Source: Kiritimatiellia bacterium
Lineage (GTDB): Bacteria; Verrucomicrobiota; Kiritimatiellia; RFP12; UBA1067
Reading direction: 5' to 3'
DNA: 64,000 nt
NCBI GenBank assembly: GCA_035353175.1
Contig: DAOPZC010000009.1
Location: forward strand, 27,304 to 91,303
The notes under the pieces were generated by a model that saw only the letters and a list, made by a program, of their open reading frames with translations, made no database searches and was not told where the DNA came from. The stretch's first letter is position 1; every line of letters begins with the position of its first letter. This document shows, piece after piece, positions 1 through 8,945 of the stretch. The translations under genes and the position numbers were made by a program.

Positions 1-39
1 AACTAACTTGAACAAGGGAAACAAAGTAAGAGGTTAACG

Positions 40-849
40 ATGAAAAGACTGGTCATGTCGGCAGTGATGTTCGCGGGGTTGACGGTTGGTTCTGTGATGG
101 CGCAGGATGCTGCGGCGCCTGCAGCGGCAGCACCTGCACCCGCCGCGGCGGCTGCCGGGCTTGAGGCGAATCCCGCTGCCGCAGGTGAGGCTGCAAAACC
201 CAAGAGCTCGGGGAAGACGGGTTTCTTCGCGGTGGTGTTCGGTTCCGGCTGGCTGGGTGTGGTGCTGTGGGCGGCGCTGTTCGGCTGCGGCGCGGCGGCC
301 ATCTATTTCATCGTGGACAGCTCGGTGATGGTCCGTCCCCAGAAGATCATGCCCCAGAGCCTGATCGACAAGGTCAAGGCCGGCATGGCCGAGGGCGACG
401 TGATGAAGGCCTTGCACGCCTGCGAGACCGAGCCGGGACCGATGGCGAACATCCTGTCCGCCGGTTTCTCCCACGTCGAAGAGGGCTTCGAAGTGATCCA
501 GGAGTCGATCGGCGCGGCCGCCGACCTGGAGACCGAGCGCATCATGCAGCGCCTCACGTGGATTTCCGTGTGCTCGAACCTGGCCCCGATGTTGGGTCTG
601 CTCGGCACGGTGCAAGGCATGATCATGTGTTTCGAAACGTTGGCGACCGGCGCCCCGGACGTCGGCTCGTTGGCGTTGGCCATTTCGCAGGCGCTGTGGA
701 CCACCGCCGGCGGCCTGTGCATCGCGATTCCCGCCATCACCTTCTACTACAGCATCCGCAACAACGCGAACCGGCTGATCCTGCGCATGCAGGCCATGAC
801 CATGGAGCTCATCAAGGACCTGCGCAACGTCGAAGTCGTGAATGACTAA
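40..849 (+). CDS. exbB: MotA/TolQ/ExbB-family proton channel (ExbB-like)
   Basis: 269 aa. N-terminal signal/TM segment with an Ala/Pro-rich region. Conserved MotA/TolQ/ExbB C-terminal core (LAPMLGLLGTVQGMI...ALWTTAGGLCIAIPA). Followed by two ExbD genes. Confidence 0.85.
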   Translation: MKRLVMSAVMFAGLTVGSVMAQDAAAPAAAAPAPAAAAAGLEANPAAAGEAAKPKSSGKTGFFAVVFGSGWLGVVLWAALFGCGAAAIYFIVDSSVMVRPQKIMPQSLIDKVKAGMAEGDVMKALHACETEPGPMANILSAGFSHVEEGFEVIQESIGAAADLETERIMQRLTWISVCSNLAPMLGLLGTVQGMIMCFETLATGAPDVGSLALAISQALWTTAGGLCIAIPAITFYYSIRNNANRLILRMQAMTMELIKDLRNVEVVND

Positions 850-1005
850 CGCCGCGTGACGCAACGGGGAGGCGCGCGTCCCGAAGGCGGCCCCCCCGGT
901 GCCGAGTCCCGTCGCCGGTGCGGCCCGCGCGCCGGCGGGTCGGTTTTGAGTCGGGCTCCCACGGGATGACACCTGCGGGGCAAACCGCAGTAAAGGTTTG
1001 AAACC

Positions 1006-1437
1006 ATGGCTAGAGGGTTATCAACACAACAGTGCGATTTGGACATGACGCCGATGATCGACGTCGTGTTCCAGCTGATCATTTTCTTTGTGGTCACGCT
1101 GAAAATGACATCGGACGTCAATCCGGACATCATTCTCGAAGACGGCAAGAACGGGGTGACGCTGACGCAGGACAATCTGCCGCCCAGCACGCTGGAGATC
1201 GAGCTGGACCGCCGGGGCCGCATCTCGATCCACAACGCGACGCTGAATGAGCGGCTCTTGGCGACGATGATCAAGAACCGGATCAACCGCCACGGCAACG
1301 AGTTTCCCGTCCTGATCCGGGCGGACCGCCGCACGCAGCACGAAAAGGTGCGCAAGGTCATGGACATCTGCACGGCGGCTGGCATCTGGAAGCTGTCGTT
1401 CGTCGCGGTTCAGGAGCACAAGGCGGCGAAAAAGTAG
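1006..1437 (+). CDS. exbD: Biopolymer transport protein ExbD/TolR (paralog 1)
   Basis: 143 aa. Hallmark N-terminal motif DMTPMIDVVFQLIIFF (ExbD/TolR TM helix), followed by a periplasmic domain. Confidence 0.8.
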   Translation: MARGLSTQQCDLDMTPMIDVVFQLIIFFVVTLKMTSDVNPDIILEDGKNGVTLTQDNLPPSTLEIELDRRGRISIHNATLNERLLATMIKNRINRHGNEFPVLIRADRRTQHEKVRKVMDICTAAGIWKLSFVAVQEHKAAKK

Positions 1438-1448
1438 GAGACGATCTT

Positions 1449-1856
1449 ATGGCTTACAAACGGAAAGAAAATAAGGGCGAGAGCCCGAAACTGGACATGA
1501 CGCCGATGATCGACGTCGTCTTCCAGCTCCTGATTTTCTTCGTGGTCACTCTGAAGCAGGAGGATATTCTCGCCAAGCTGTCGGCCGCCCGCCCCGCGCC
1601 GAACCAGGACGAGAAGGTCAAGGAGCAGCAGCAGGATCTGATCAACGTGATCGTGGCGCCGCAGGGCTTTCTTTTCAACGGCCGCCCCATGCGTCTGCCG
1701 GAGCTCGACCGCGCGATCGAGCGCCTGTCGGGCTACAGCAAGACCGCGATGGTGATCATCAAGTGTACCGCCGATTCGCCGCACGCCTTCCTTGTTCAGG
1801 TGTTGGACGTCTGCAACAAGCACGGCATGACCAACCTGTCGATCTTCAGCATGTAA
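1449..1856 (+). CDS. exbD: Biopolymer transport protein ExbD/TolR (paralog 2)
   Basis: 135 aa. Motif DMTPMIDVVFQLLIFF. Lies 12 bp after the preceding ExbD, so the cluster has two ExbD paralogs (AglQS- or exbD1/exbD2-like). Confidence 0.8.
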   Translation: MAYKRKENKGESPKLDMTPMIDVVFQLLIFFVVTLKQEDILAKLSAARPAPNQDEKVKEQQQDLINVIVAPQGFLFNGRPMRLPELDRAIERLSGYSKTAMVIIKCTADSPHAFLVQVLDVCNKHGMTNLSIFSM

Positions 1857-1866
1857 GGAATCAGAC

Positions 1867-3645
1867 ATGAGTAGCAATGTGGATATGACCGAGGTCGACT
1901 CGCATCTCGACGAGATCGCTCGGATGTACACGAACGAGACGTTGTTCCGGCGCATGAAGGTGCTGTTCTCCGGACTCAAGGCCCCCCGTCAGTCCAGAGA
2001 GTACAAGGTTGCGATGATCGAGGTGCAGCGTCTGGCGGCACCGTTCGCGGCCATTCTTCTCCCCGCGTTCGCCGTGGGCGTCTTGATGGTCATGTCGAGC
2101 GGCGCGGTGGTCCAGGACCGCATCATCGAGACGCAGGTGCTCGAGGCCGAAGAGGTGAAGGACCTCGACAAGATCGAAGAGTTCGAGAAGCCGGAAGAAC
2201 AGATGGAGGACGTCAACATCGACATCCCCATCAACAGCCCGAACGTCCAGGTGCAGTCCGATACGCCGAACAATCAGCCGATGAGCCCGCAGCCGCAGGC
2301 GTTCGACGCGGTGATGACGGTCAAGAGCCCGGTGATCCTCAAAAACATCTACGGCAGCACCCGCAACACCGGCACGCGCGGCACGCAGCTCGCCAAGTTC
2401 GGCGGCGACCGCATGACCGAAGACGCGGTGCTGCGCGCCCTGCGTTGGCTCAAGAAAAAACAGCAGACGGACGGCTCTTGGCCCGCACAGAAGGTGGCCA
2501 TGACCGGCTTGGCGGTCCTGACGTTCTTGGCGCACGGCGAGAAGCCGGGCGAGTCGGCGGAGTTCGGCGCGACGATCCAGAAGGCGCTGGAATTCCTGAT
2601 CAAGAGCCAGCGCGCCGACGGCAAGTTCAACGGCATGGACGGCAATGAATACGCCCACCCGATCGCGACGTATGCGCTCTGCGAGGCCTATGGCATGACG
2701 ATCAACCCGAACGTCAAGGTCGCGGCCGAGAAGGCGCTGGTGCCGATCATCAAGGGCCAGCATCCGACCGGCGGTTGGACCTACAAGATGGACCCCTCCG
2801 TCAACAACAGCAAAGAGCACGGCGAAGTCGGCAAGTACCGCGACGACACCTCCTACATGGGGTGGTGCGCGCAGGCGCTCAAAGCCGCCAAATTGGCTAA
2901 GCTGCACGCCGACGGCCTGGAGAAGGCGACCAAGCTCGCGGTCAAAGGCTTCAAGAAAAACGCCAGCCCGAACGGCGGCTTCGGCTACACCAGTCCGGGC
3001 ACCGGCGGCCTCACGAGCGTCGGCACCCTGTGCATGCAGCTGCTCGGCGCGTCGAATGAGGCGGAGGTGAAGAAATCGCTGGAGCTCATTGATGCTTGGA
3101 CGCCGTCCTTCTCGTCCTATGAGCCGGTCGAGGACGTGATCAAGCAGCTGAAGCCCGACGATTTGATCAAGCGCGATAAGAGCGGTAAGCCGACGCTCGA
3201 TAAAGACGGCAAGCAAGAGAAATTGACCCCTATCGCGGTGGCCAAGGATAAGCTTTCCCCGAAGGTTGATCCTGCCGAAAAGATGTTTTATTCCGCCTCG
3301 GCGCAATACTATTTCTACTATGCCACGCAGTGTAAGTTTCACCAAGGGGGCAAGCATTGGGAAAACTGGAACAAGGTCATGAAGCCGCGGTATGTCAAGG
3401 CGCAGCAGATCGAGAAGAACGCGATCAAGAACGACAAGGGCGTGGACTGTGACATCGGCTGGTGGGCGAATGCGGACACGATGAGCGACCGCCCCGTCAT
3501 GGACACTTGCCTGGCCGCGCTGCAGCTCATGGTCTATTACCGCTATCTGCCGACCACCAGCAAGGAAGCCGTGCAGGTTGAGGCGGAACTCGTGGCCACC
3601 TCCACCGACACCGAAGACATCAAGGTGGACACCGGGAATCTGTAA
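1867..3645 (+). CDS. Membrane-anchored protein with prenyltransferase/squalene-cyclase-like (alpha/alpha toroid) repeats, in the position usually held by TonB
   Basis: 592 aa. Single N-terminal TM helix (FAAILLPAFAVGVLMVMSS), then an acidic/Pro-Gln-rich linker. The C-terminal part has repeated DGSW/GGW-type motifs typical of terpene-cyclase/prenyltransferase-fold repeats: DGSWPAQKVAMTGLAVLTFLAHGEK, ADGKF, PTGGWTY, PNGGFGY. Starts 11 bp after exbD. Confidence 0.6.
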   Translation: MSSNVDMTEVDSHLDEIARMYTNETLFRRMKVLFSGLKAPRQSREYKVAMIEVQRLAAPFAAILLPAFAVGVLMVMSSGAVVQDRIIETQVLEAEEVKDLDKIEEFEKPEEQMEDVNIDIPINSPNVQVQSDTPNNQPMSPQPQAFDAVMTVKSPVILKNIYGSTRNTGTRGTQLAKFGGDRMTEDAVLRALRWLKKKQQTDGSWPAQKVAMTGLAVLTFLAHGEKPGESAEFGATIQKALEFLIKSQRADGKFNGMDGNEYAHPIATYALCEAYGMTINPNVKVAAEKALVPIIKGQHPTGGWTYKMDPSVNNSKEHGEVGKYRDDTSYMGWCAQALKAAKLAKLHADGLEKATKLAVKGFKKNASPNGGFGYTSPGTGGLTSVGTLCMQLLGASNEAEVKKSLELIDAWTPSFSSYEPVEDVIKQLKPDDLIKRDKSGKPTLDKDGKQEKLTPIAVAKDKLSPKVDPAEKMFYSASAQYYFYYATQCKFHQGGKHWENWNKVMKPRYVKAQQIEKNAIKNDKGVDCDIGWWANADTMSDRPVMDTCLAALQLMVYYRYLPTTSKEAVQVEAELVATSTDTEDIKVDTGNL

Positions 3646-3724
3646 GAAGTGCATTAGTTCGTTAGTGCATGAGTGCGGTTAACTAATAAACTAATGCACG
3701 ACTGAACGAACGCACTTCTTCATT

Positions 3725-4951
3725 ATGCCCTTTTCACTTTTTCTCGCGTTGAAATATCTCCGGCCGAAACGGTCGTTCACCTCGGTCGTGACGCTGATCT
3801 CGGTGGTCGGCGTGGTGCTGGGCGTGGCGATCATCATCATCGTGCGCGCGGTGATGACCGGCTTCGGCGACATGTGGAAAGAGAAGATCCTCGACTTCAA
3901 GCCGCACATCACCGTGTCGCCCGTGGGCGGCGGCGTCATTGAAGAGGAGGAGTCGGTCTGCAAGCGGCTGGAGATGGTGCCGGGGGTGATCGCCGCCTCG
4001 CCCGGGCTCGAAACGCGCGTGCTGGTCGAGCACCGCCGCCGCGTGGTCGCGCCGATCGTGATCGGCACCGACCCGCAGCGTGCCCGCCGCGTGATGAAGC
4101 TTGACCGCATGGCCGCGGGCGAGTTCAACATCGAGGGCGACTCGGTGGTGGTGGGCATCGATCTGGCCGCCGAGCTCGGGCTGATGGTGGGCGACGCGAT
4201 TCTGGTGTATTCGCCCATGAACCTCGTCACCAAGGACGAGGTCTATTTTCCCGAGCGTCTCACGATCACCGGCATCTTCGACTCCGGACAGCGCGACTTC
4301 GATTCCGGATTCATCGTGACCTCGATCGCCGTGGCCCGCGATCTGATGGGCATGAAGTCCGGCGTCTATTCGATCCACCTCAAGGTGGACGATCCGCAGA
4401 ACACCGCGCATTTCGGCAGAATCGTCAACGACGTCCGCATGCTGGTTCCCCGTCAGGCGGTCCGCACGTGGCAGGAGATCGACAGCCAGCTTTTCAACGC
4501 GCTCGCGGTGGAGAAAAACATGATGGTCATCCTGCTGATGTTCATCACGGTGGTGGCGATCTTCTGCGTGACCAACACGCTGATCGTGCTGACGGTCCAG
4601 AAGACGGACGAGATCGGGCTGCTCAAGGCGCTCGGTTTCTCGTCGCGGCAGGTGATGGGCGCCTTCGTGTTTCACGGCTGGATCCAGTGCCTCATCGGCA
4701 CCGCGCTGGGCATCGGCGCCGCCCTGCTGATCTTGGAAAACCTGCACGTGCTGGTGGCGTTTCTGGCGCGGCTCGGCGTAGAGGTGTTCCCCAAGAGCGT
4801 GTACGGGCTGGCGGAGATCCCGTGGCGCGTGATCCCGGGCGAGGTCGTGAGCGTCGCGGTTTCGGTGATCCTCTTCTGCACCGTGGCCAGTTTCCTGCCC
4901 GCCTGGCGCGCATCGCGCATGGATCCGGTGACGGCCCTGCGCAAGGAGTAG
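3725..4951 (+). CDS. lolF: Lipoprotein-release ABC transporter permease, FtsX-like family (LolC/E/F-type)
   Basis: 408 aa. N-terminal LKYLRPKR motif and TM1 typical of LolC/E. Large periplasmic domain. C-terminal FtsX-like 3-TM bundle ending ...AWRASRMDPVTALRKE. Confidence 0.8.
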   Translation: MPFSLFLALKYLRPKRSFTSVVTLISVVGVVLGVAIIIIVRAVMTGFGDMWKEKILDFKPHITVSPVGGGVIEEEESVCKRLEMVPGVIAASPGLETRVLVEHRRRVVAPIVIGTDPQRARRVMKLDRMAAGEFNIEGDSVVVGIDLAAELGLMVGDAILVYSPMNLVTKDEVYFPERLTITGIFDSGQRDFDSGFIVTSIAVARDLMGMKSGVYSIHLKVDDPQNTAHFGRIVNDVRMLVPRQAVRTWQEIDSQLFNALAVEKNMMVILLMFITVVAIFCVTNTLIVLTVQKTDEIGLLKALGFSSRQVMGAFVFHGWIQCLIGTALGIGAALLILENLHVLVAFLARLGVEVFPKSVYGLAEIPWRVIPGEVVSVAVSVILFCTVASFLPAWRASRMDPVTALRKE

Positions 4952-4988
4952 GGGCGCGCCCGCATTCCGCCCCGACGGAAAGAGCAAG

Positions 4989-5666
4989 ATGTTAGAAGCA
5001 ACCAACCTGCATAAGACGTACATCCTGCCGCACAAGCGGGTCGACGTGCTGAAAGGCGCGTCGATCAGCGTGGGCAAAGGCGAGCGCGTGGCGATCGTGG
5101 GGCGCAGCGGCGCAGGCAAGAGCACGCTCCTGCACGTGCTGGGCGGCCTGGACCGGCCCGACGCCGGCGAGGTCAGCGTGGACGGCAAGCCGCTTTACGC
5201 GGTCTCGCAGCGGGTGCGCACGGCCGTGCGTGCGGCCAAGATCGGCTTCGTGTTCCAGTCCTACCACCTCCTGTCGGAAATGGACGTCACCGAGAACGTG
5301 ATGCTGCCCGCCATGACCGGCGTGCTGAACATCACGCGGGCGCAGATGCGGCAGCGCGCTTTGACGCTGCTGGAGCAGGTGGGCCTGGCCGACCGCGCCA
5401 CCCACATGCCGCTGGAGCTCTCCGGCGGTGAGCAGCAGCGCGTGGCCCTGGCGCGCGCGCTCATTCACGAGCCCGCGCTGATCCTCGCCGACGAGCCGAC
5501 CGGCAACCTCGACCGCATGACCGGCGCGCAGATCATGGAGCTGCTCTTCGGCCTCTCCTGCACGCGCGATCTGGCGTTGGTGATGGTGACCCATTCGCCC
5601 GAGACCGCCGCGCTGTGCGACCGCGTCATGGAGCTGCATGAGGGCTTGCTCGTTCCGCGGCCGTGA
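4989..5666 (+). CDS. lolD: Lipoprotein-release ABC transporter ATP-binding protein LolD
   Basis: 225 aa. Walker A GRSGAGKST, ABC signature LSGGEQQRVALARAL, Walker B ILADEPTGNLD. Begins with the typical LolD start (L.A.NL.K.Y). Confidence 0.85.
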   Translation: MLEATNLHKTYILPHKRVDVLKGASISVGKGERVAIVGRSGAGKSTLLHVLGGLDRPDAGEVSVDGKPLYAVSQRVRTAVRAAKIGFVFQSYHLLSEMDVTENVMLPAMTGVLNITRAQMRQRALTLLEQVGLADRATHMPLELSGGEQQRVALARALIHEPALILADEPTGNLDRMTGAQIMELLFGLSCTRDLALVMVTHSPETAALCDRVMELHEGLLVPRP

Positions 5667-5685
5667 AGACGGCCGCGGCGAGCGG

Positions 5686-6486
5686 TCACAAATCCCGCAG
5701 CCTGAAAATCAGGGTGAGACGGGCGAATGACGCCACCGGACGCCCGTCGCGGGCACCGGGCTTGAAGCGCGCCTGTTCCACGGCGCGCACCGCGGCGCGG
5801 TCGAGGTCCGGAAATCCGCTGGAGGACACCAGCGTGACGCCGGTTGTCCGCCCGTCCTCGCCCACCGACGCATCGAGAATGACCGTCCCCTCTTCGCCGC
5901 GCCGCCGCGCGCCGATGGGATAGGAGGGCCGGATCGGGCGGTCGAGCGAAGGATGGGCGTCGATGTGCCCCGCGGAGCCGGCCGCGCCGGCGTTCTCGCG
6001 TTGGCTGGCTCCGGGCACGGCCGGCGCGGGCTCGATGACGGCGGCGGCGGGTGCCGCTGCGGTTGGCGCGGGGGCCGTCTGGGCGGCCGGTGCGGGTTTG
6101 GGCTTCTCGGCCGGCGGAACGGGCTTGGCCACGGGGACGGGTGCCGGCACCGGCTTGGGCTCCGGAACGGCCTCCGGCTCGGGGATCGCGTCGGTGAAAT
6201 CGGGCTTTTCCTGGAGTTGCGGTTGCGCCGCCATTTCGGGAACGGGCTCGGGAAGCGGAAGCGGCGAAATCTCGGCGGCCGGCGCTTGCGCGGCCTTCGG
6301 CCCCGCGCCCGGCACGTCGGGCGCGATCTCGGTCAGCGTCAACTCCACCGCGGTCACTTCCAGCTCGGGGGCTGCCGTGGCCGGCGCGTCCCTGTGATGC
6401 ACGGCATAAAAACCCAGCAGCAGCAGCCCCGTGAGGTGCAGGGCGGCGGACAGGGTATAGCTCACGATATGGTCGGCAGAGAACAT
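5686..6486 (-). CDS. tonB: TonB energy transducer
   Basis: The six-frame ORF runs to 6987, but that extension overlaps the upstream exbD. The start used here is Met-168 of the ORF (MFSADHIVSY..., ATG at 6484-6486). Has an N-terminal TM helix, a long Pro-rich spacer (PEPVPE...PKPVPAPVPVAKPVPPAEKPKPAPA) and a TonB C-terminal domain (GEEGTVILDASVGEDGRTTGVTLVSSSGFPDLDRAAVRAVEQARFKP). Confidence 0.75.
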   Translation of the reverse strand: MFSADHIVSYTLSAALHLTGLLLLGFYAVHHRDAPATAAPELEVTAVELTLTEIAPDVPGAGPKAAQAPAAEISPLPLPEPVPEMAAQPQLQEKPDFTDAIPEPEAVPEPKPVPAPVPVAKPVPPAEKPKPAPAAQTAPAPTAAAPAAAVIEPAPAVPGASQRENAGAAGSAGHIDAHPSLDRPIRPSYPIGARRRGEEGTVILDASVGEDGRTTGVTLVSSSGFPDLDRAAVRAVEQARFKPGARDGRPVASFARLTLIFRLRDL

Positions 6487-6575
6487 GGGGTAAAGCGCGG
6501 TCAGTTCATTGGGCGTCCGTTTTTCATGCGTGGGGCGCGGGCGGAAAGTCTGTGCGGCGGTGTGGGAGCCTTGGG

Positions 6576-6980
6576 CTACTTCGCCTCGCCGCTGACCTGG
6601 AACGCGACGCGTTCCACGCCGCCGTTCTTGAGCTTGCCCAGCAGCTCGATGCCGGTGCCGAGCGAGGCCGCCTTGTCGGCGCTGATGAGCACGGGCGTGG
6701 CGCTTTCGCGCCAGAGCTTGACGGTGGCGATCACCAGCTCGTCGAGCGGCATGGCTTGCTTGTTCAGGAGCAGGCGGTTGTCGGCGGCCAATGTGATGAT
6801 CGTCTGCTCCCCTTTCTGCTGCACCCCTTTGGCGGCGGGCAGGTCCACTTTCAGGCCGCGGTGGACCGACATGGAGAAGATCGAGTAGACGAAGACGACC
6901 AGGATCAGAAACATGACGTCCATGAGGGAGATCATTTCCATCCGGGCCTTGCGGTCTTCGTATCCTGAGCTCAGGCGCAT
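6576..6980 (-). CDS. exbD: Biopolymer transport protein ExbD/TolR
   Basis: 134 aa. N-terminal TM helix (ISLMDVMFLILVVFV). Periplasmic ExbD domain. Confidence 0.85.
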   Translation of the reverse strand: MRLSSGYEDRKARMEMISLMDVMFLILVVFVYSIFSMSVHRGLKVDLPAAKGVQQKGEQTIITLAADNRLLLNKQAMPLDELVIATVKLWRESATPVLISADKAASLGTGIELLGKLKNGGVERVAFQVSGEAK

Positions 6981-6983
6981 GGT

Positions 6984-7691
6984 TCACTCTCCCGGTTGGC
7001 CGGCGCGCGCGTTCAGGCTGACGCCGGTGTTGTAGGCGAGCTCGAAGTGGTGGATGGCCTGTTCAAGCTCCGTGGTGCGGCGCTTGAGCTGCGAGACCAG
7101 GAAGTTGAAGGGAAAGAGGCAGGCGATGGCCACGATCAGGCCGGCGGCGGTGGTGATCAGCGCCTCGGCGATGCCCGCCGTGGCGCCGGCCGGATTTTCC
7201 ATGCCCGCCGCGTTGAGCATGTTGAAGGTGTTGATGATGCCGGTGACCGTGCCGAGAATGCCGAGCATGGGGGCGACGGTGATCGAGGTGTCGAGGACCG
7301 AGAGCCCTCGGCGCAGGTGGTCCAGCTCCAGCTGCGACGCGGCCTCCAGCGTCTCTTGGAAGCCCGCCGTGCGGTTCTCGAGAGCCTGCGCGAAAACGCG
7401 GCAGACCGGCGAATCGGCCTGTTTTGCGGCGGCGAGGGCTTCGTCGAATTTGCCCTCGCGGGTGAGCCCGATGAGCGCCTTCTGTTTGTGGCGGAAATAG
7501 AAATTGGCGGTGTTGTACTTCCAGAAGGCGAAGAGGCGCTCGAACGTCACGGCGAGCCCCATGAACGAGCAGACCAGGATCGGCCACATGACCGGCCCGC
7601 CGCGGTCGAAGAGCGCGAAGGCCGCGTCGAAAAGGCCCTGCGGCGCCGCGGGGGCGGCCTGGGCGAGAAAAGAAGAGCAAAACATCATCAA
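6984..7691 (-). CDS. exbB: MotA/TolQ/ExbB-family proton channel
   Basis: 235 aa. Conserved core APMLGILGTVTGIINTF...ALITTAAGLIVAI. First gene of an exbB-exbD-tonB operon on the minus strand. Confidence 0.85.
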   Translation of the reverse strand: MMMFCSSFLAQAAPAAPQGLFDAAFALFDRGGPVMWPILVCSFMGLAVTFERLFAFWKYNTANFYFRHKQKALIGLTREGKFDEALAAAKQADSPVCRVFAQALENRTAGFQETLEAASQLELDHLRRGLSVLDTSITVAPMLGILGTVTGIINTFNMLNAAGMENPAGATAGIAEALITTAAGLIVAIACLFPFNFLVSQLKRRTTELEQAIHHFELAYNTGVSLNARAGQPGE

Positions 7692-7759
7692 CCTCCAGCG
7701 GCGCGCGGCGTTTCCGCACGCTCGCTCCTGTCATCAAACGCCGGCGTCCCGGCCGCGGT

Positions 7760-8740
7760 TCACATGACCTTCATTTTGGGCAGGTCCTGGATGTCCACGT
7801 AGCCGACCAGACGGCCTTCCGCGTCGACCACCGGCAGGTCATCGATCTTGTATTTCTCGAAGATGCGCAGCACATCGACGGCGAAGGCCTCGTCGCACAC
7901 CGACACGGGCTTATGGGTCATGACGGCGTGGACGGGGCTGCGGAGGATGTCTTTGCCTTCGGAAAGCTGGCGGCGCAGGTCGCCGTCCGTGAAGATGCCG
8001 GCCAGGCGTCCGTCGGGATGGGCAACCAGCGCGGCGCCGCTCTTTGCGGTCGTCATGGCCATGATGGCGTCCATGATGGTGGCCGAGAGCGGCAGCGTGG
8101 CCAGCCGCTCGCCGGTGCGCATGATGTCGCGGACGCGCAGCACGAGGGCCCGGCCGATCGCGCCGGCGGGGTGCAGGCGGGCGTAGCTCTCCTTGTTGAA
8201 GTGACGGGCCTCGATCAGCACCATGGCGAGCGCGTCGCCGACGGCCATGGTGGCGGTGGTGCTGGTGGTGGGCGCCATGCCGAAGGGGCACGCCTCCTTG
8301 CCGATGCGGACGCAGAGCACCACGTCGCTCAGGCGGGCGAGCGTGCTGTCCGGATTGCCGACCATGCCGATGATGCGGATGCCGAGACGGCGCACGGCGG
8401 GGATGAGTTTGATGACCTCGTCGGATTCGCCGGAGAAACTGAGCGCCAGCAGCACGTCGTTCTCGGCGATCATGCCGAGGTCGCCGTGCATGGCCTGGAT
8501 CGGGTTCATGACCACGCTGGTCGAGCCGGTGCTGGCGAGGGTGGCGGAAAGCTTTTCGGCGATGTGCAGGTTTTTGCCGACGCCGGTCACGACGATCTTG
8601 CCGCCGTTGTCGAGGGTTTCGAGAATCAGGCGCACCGTGGCGAGAAAATCTTCGCCCAGCGCGGCCTGCGCGGTGCGGAGGCCCTCGATTTCGGTGTCAA
8701 GAACCTGCCATGCGCGAGAAAGGATCGCTGCGTTATCCAT
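7760..8740 (-). CDS. kdsD: Arabinose-5-phosphate isomerase (KpsF/GutQ/KdsD family; SIS plus tandem CBS domains)
   Basis: SIS domain motifs (GKIVVTGVGKNLHIAEKLSATL...VLLALSFSGESDE). C-terminal CBS pair. Start chosen at MDNAAILS (ATG at 8740) rather than the ORF start at 8824. Confidence 0.8.
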   Translation of the reverse strand: MDNAAILSRAWQVLDTEIEGLRTAQAALGEDFLATVRLILETLDNGGKIVVTGVGKNLHIAEKLSATLASTGSTSVVMNPIQAMHGDLGMIAENDVLLALSFSGESDEVIKLIPAVRRLGIRIIGMVGNPDSTLARLSDVVLCVRIGKEACPFGMAPTTSTTATMAVGDALAMVLIEARHFNKESYARLHPAGAIGRALVLRVRDIMRTGERLATLPLSATIMDAIMAMTTAKSGAALVAHPDGRLAGIFTDGDLRRQLSEGKDILRSPVHAVMTHKPVSVCDEAFAVDVLRIFEKYKIDDLPVVDAEGRLVGYVDIQDLPKMKVM

Positions 8741-8945
8741 AAAAAACGTTCGGTTTTGAGGTTGATTCAGGCGGCGCCGGACCGGTGCCGCCGGCTTTGA
8801 ATGTCGGCTTTCAGTGTAGCGCAAAGGGCGGCGGGCGCAAAAGGTCTTTTTTCATCTTGTGCAGACCGCGGGGTGGGAATAAAATACAACACCGGTAGGG
8901 GATAAACACGGCACAACGGTCACGGTTAAAAGAAAGGAACGCGCC

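Noticed and set aside
1861-5188. Minus-strand ORFs (597 aa and 484 aa) overlapping the toroid-repeat gene and lolF/lolD
   Set aside because: High-GC antisense artefacts. The plus-strand products have clear family motifs.
5686-6987. 433-aa TonB ORF as given in the six-frame track
   Set aside because: Its N-terminal 167 codons overlap the exbD gene (6576..6980) in another frame. An internal Met followed by a TM helix gives a conventional 267-aa TonB.
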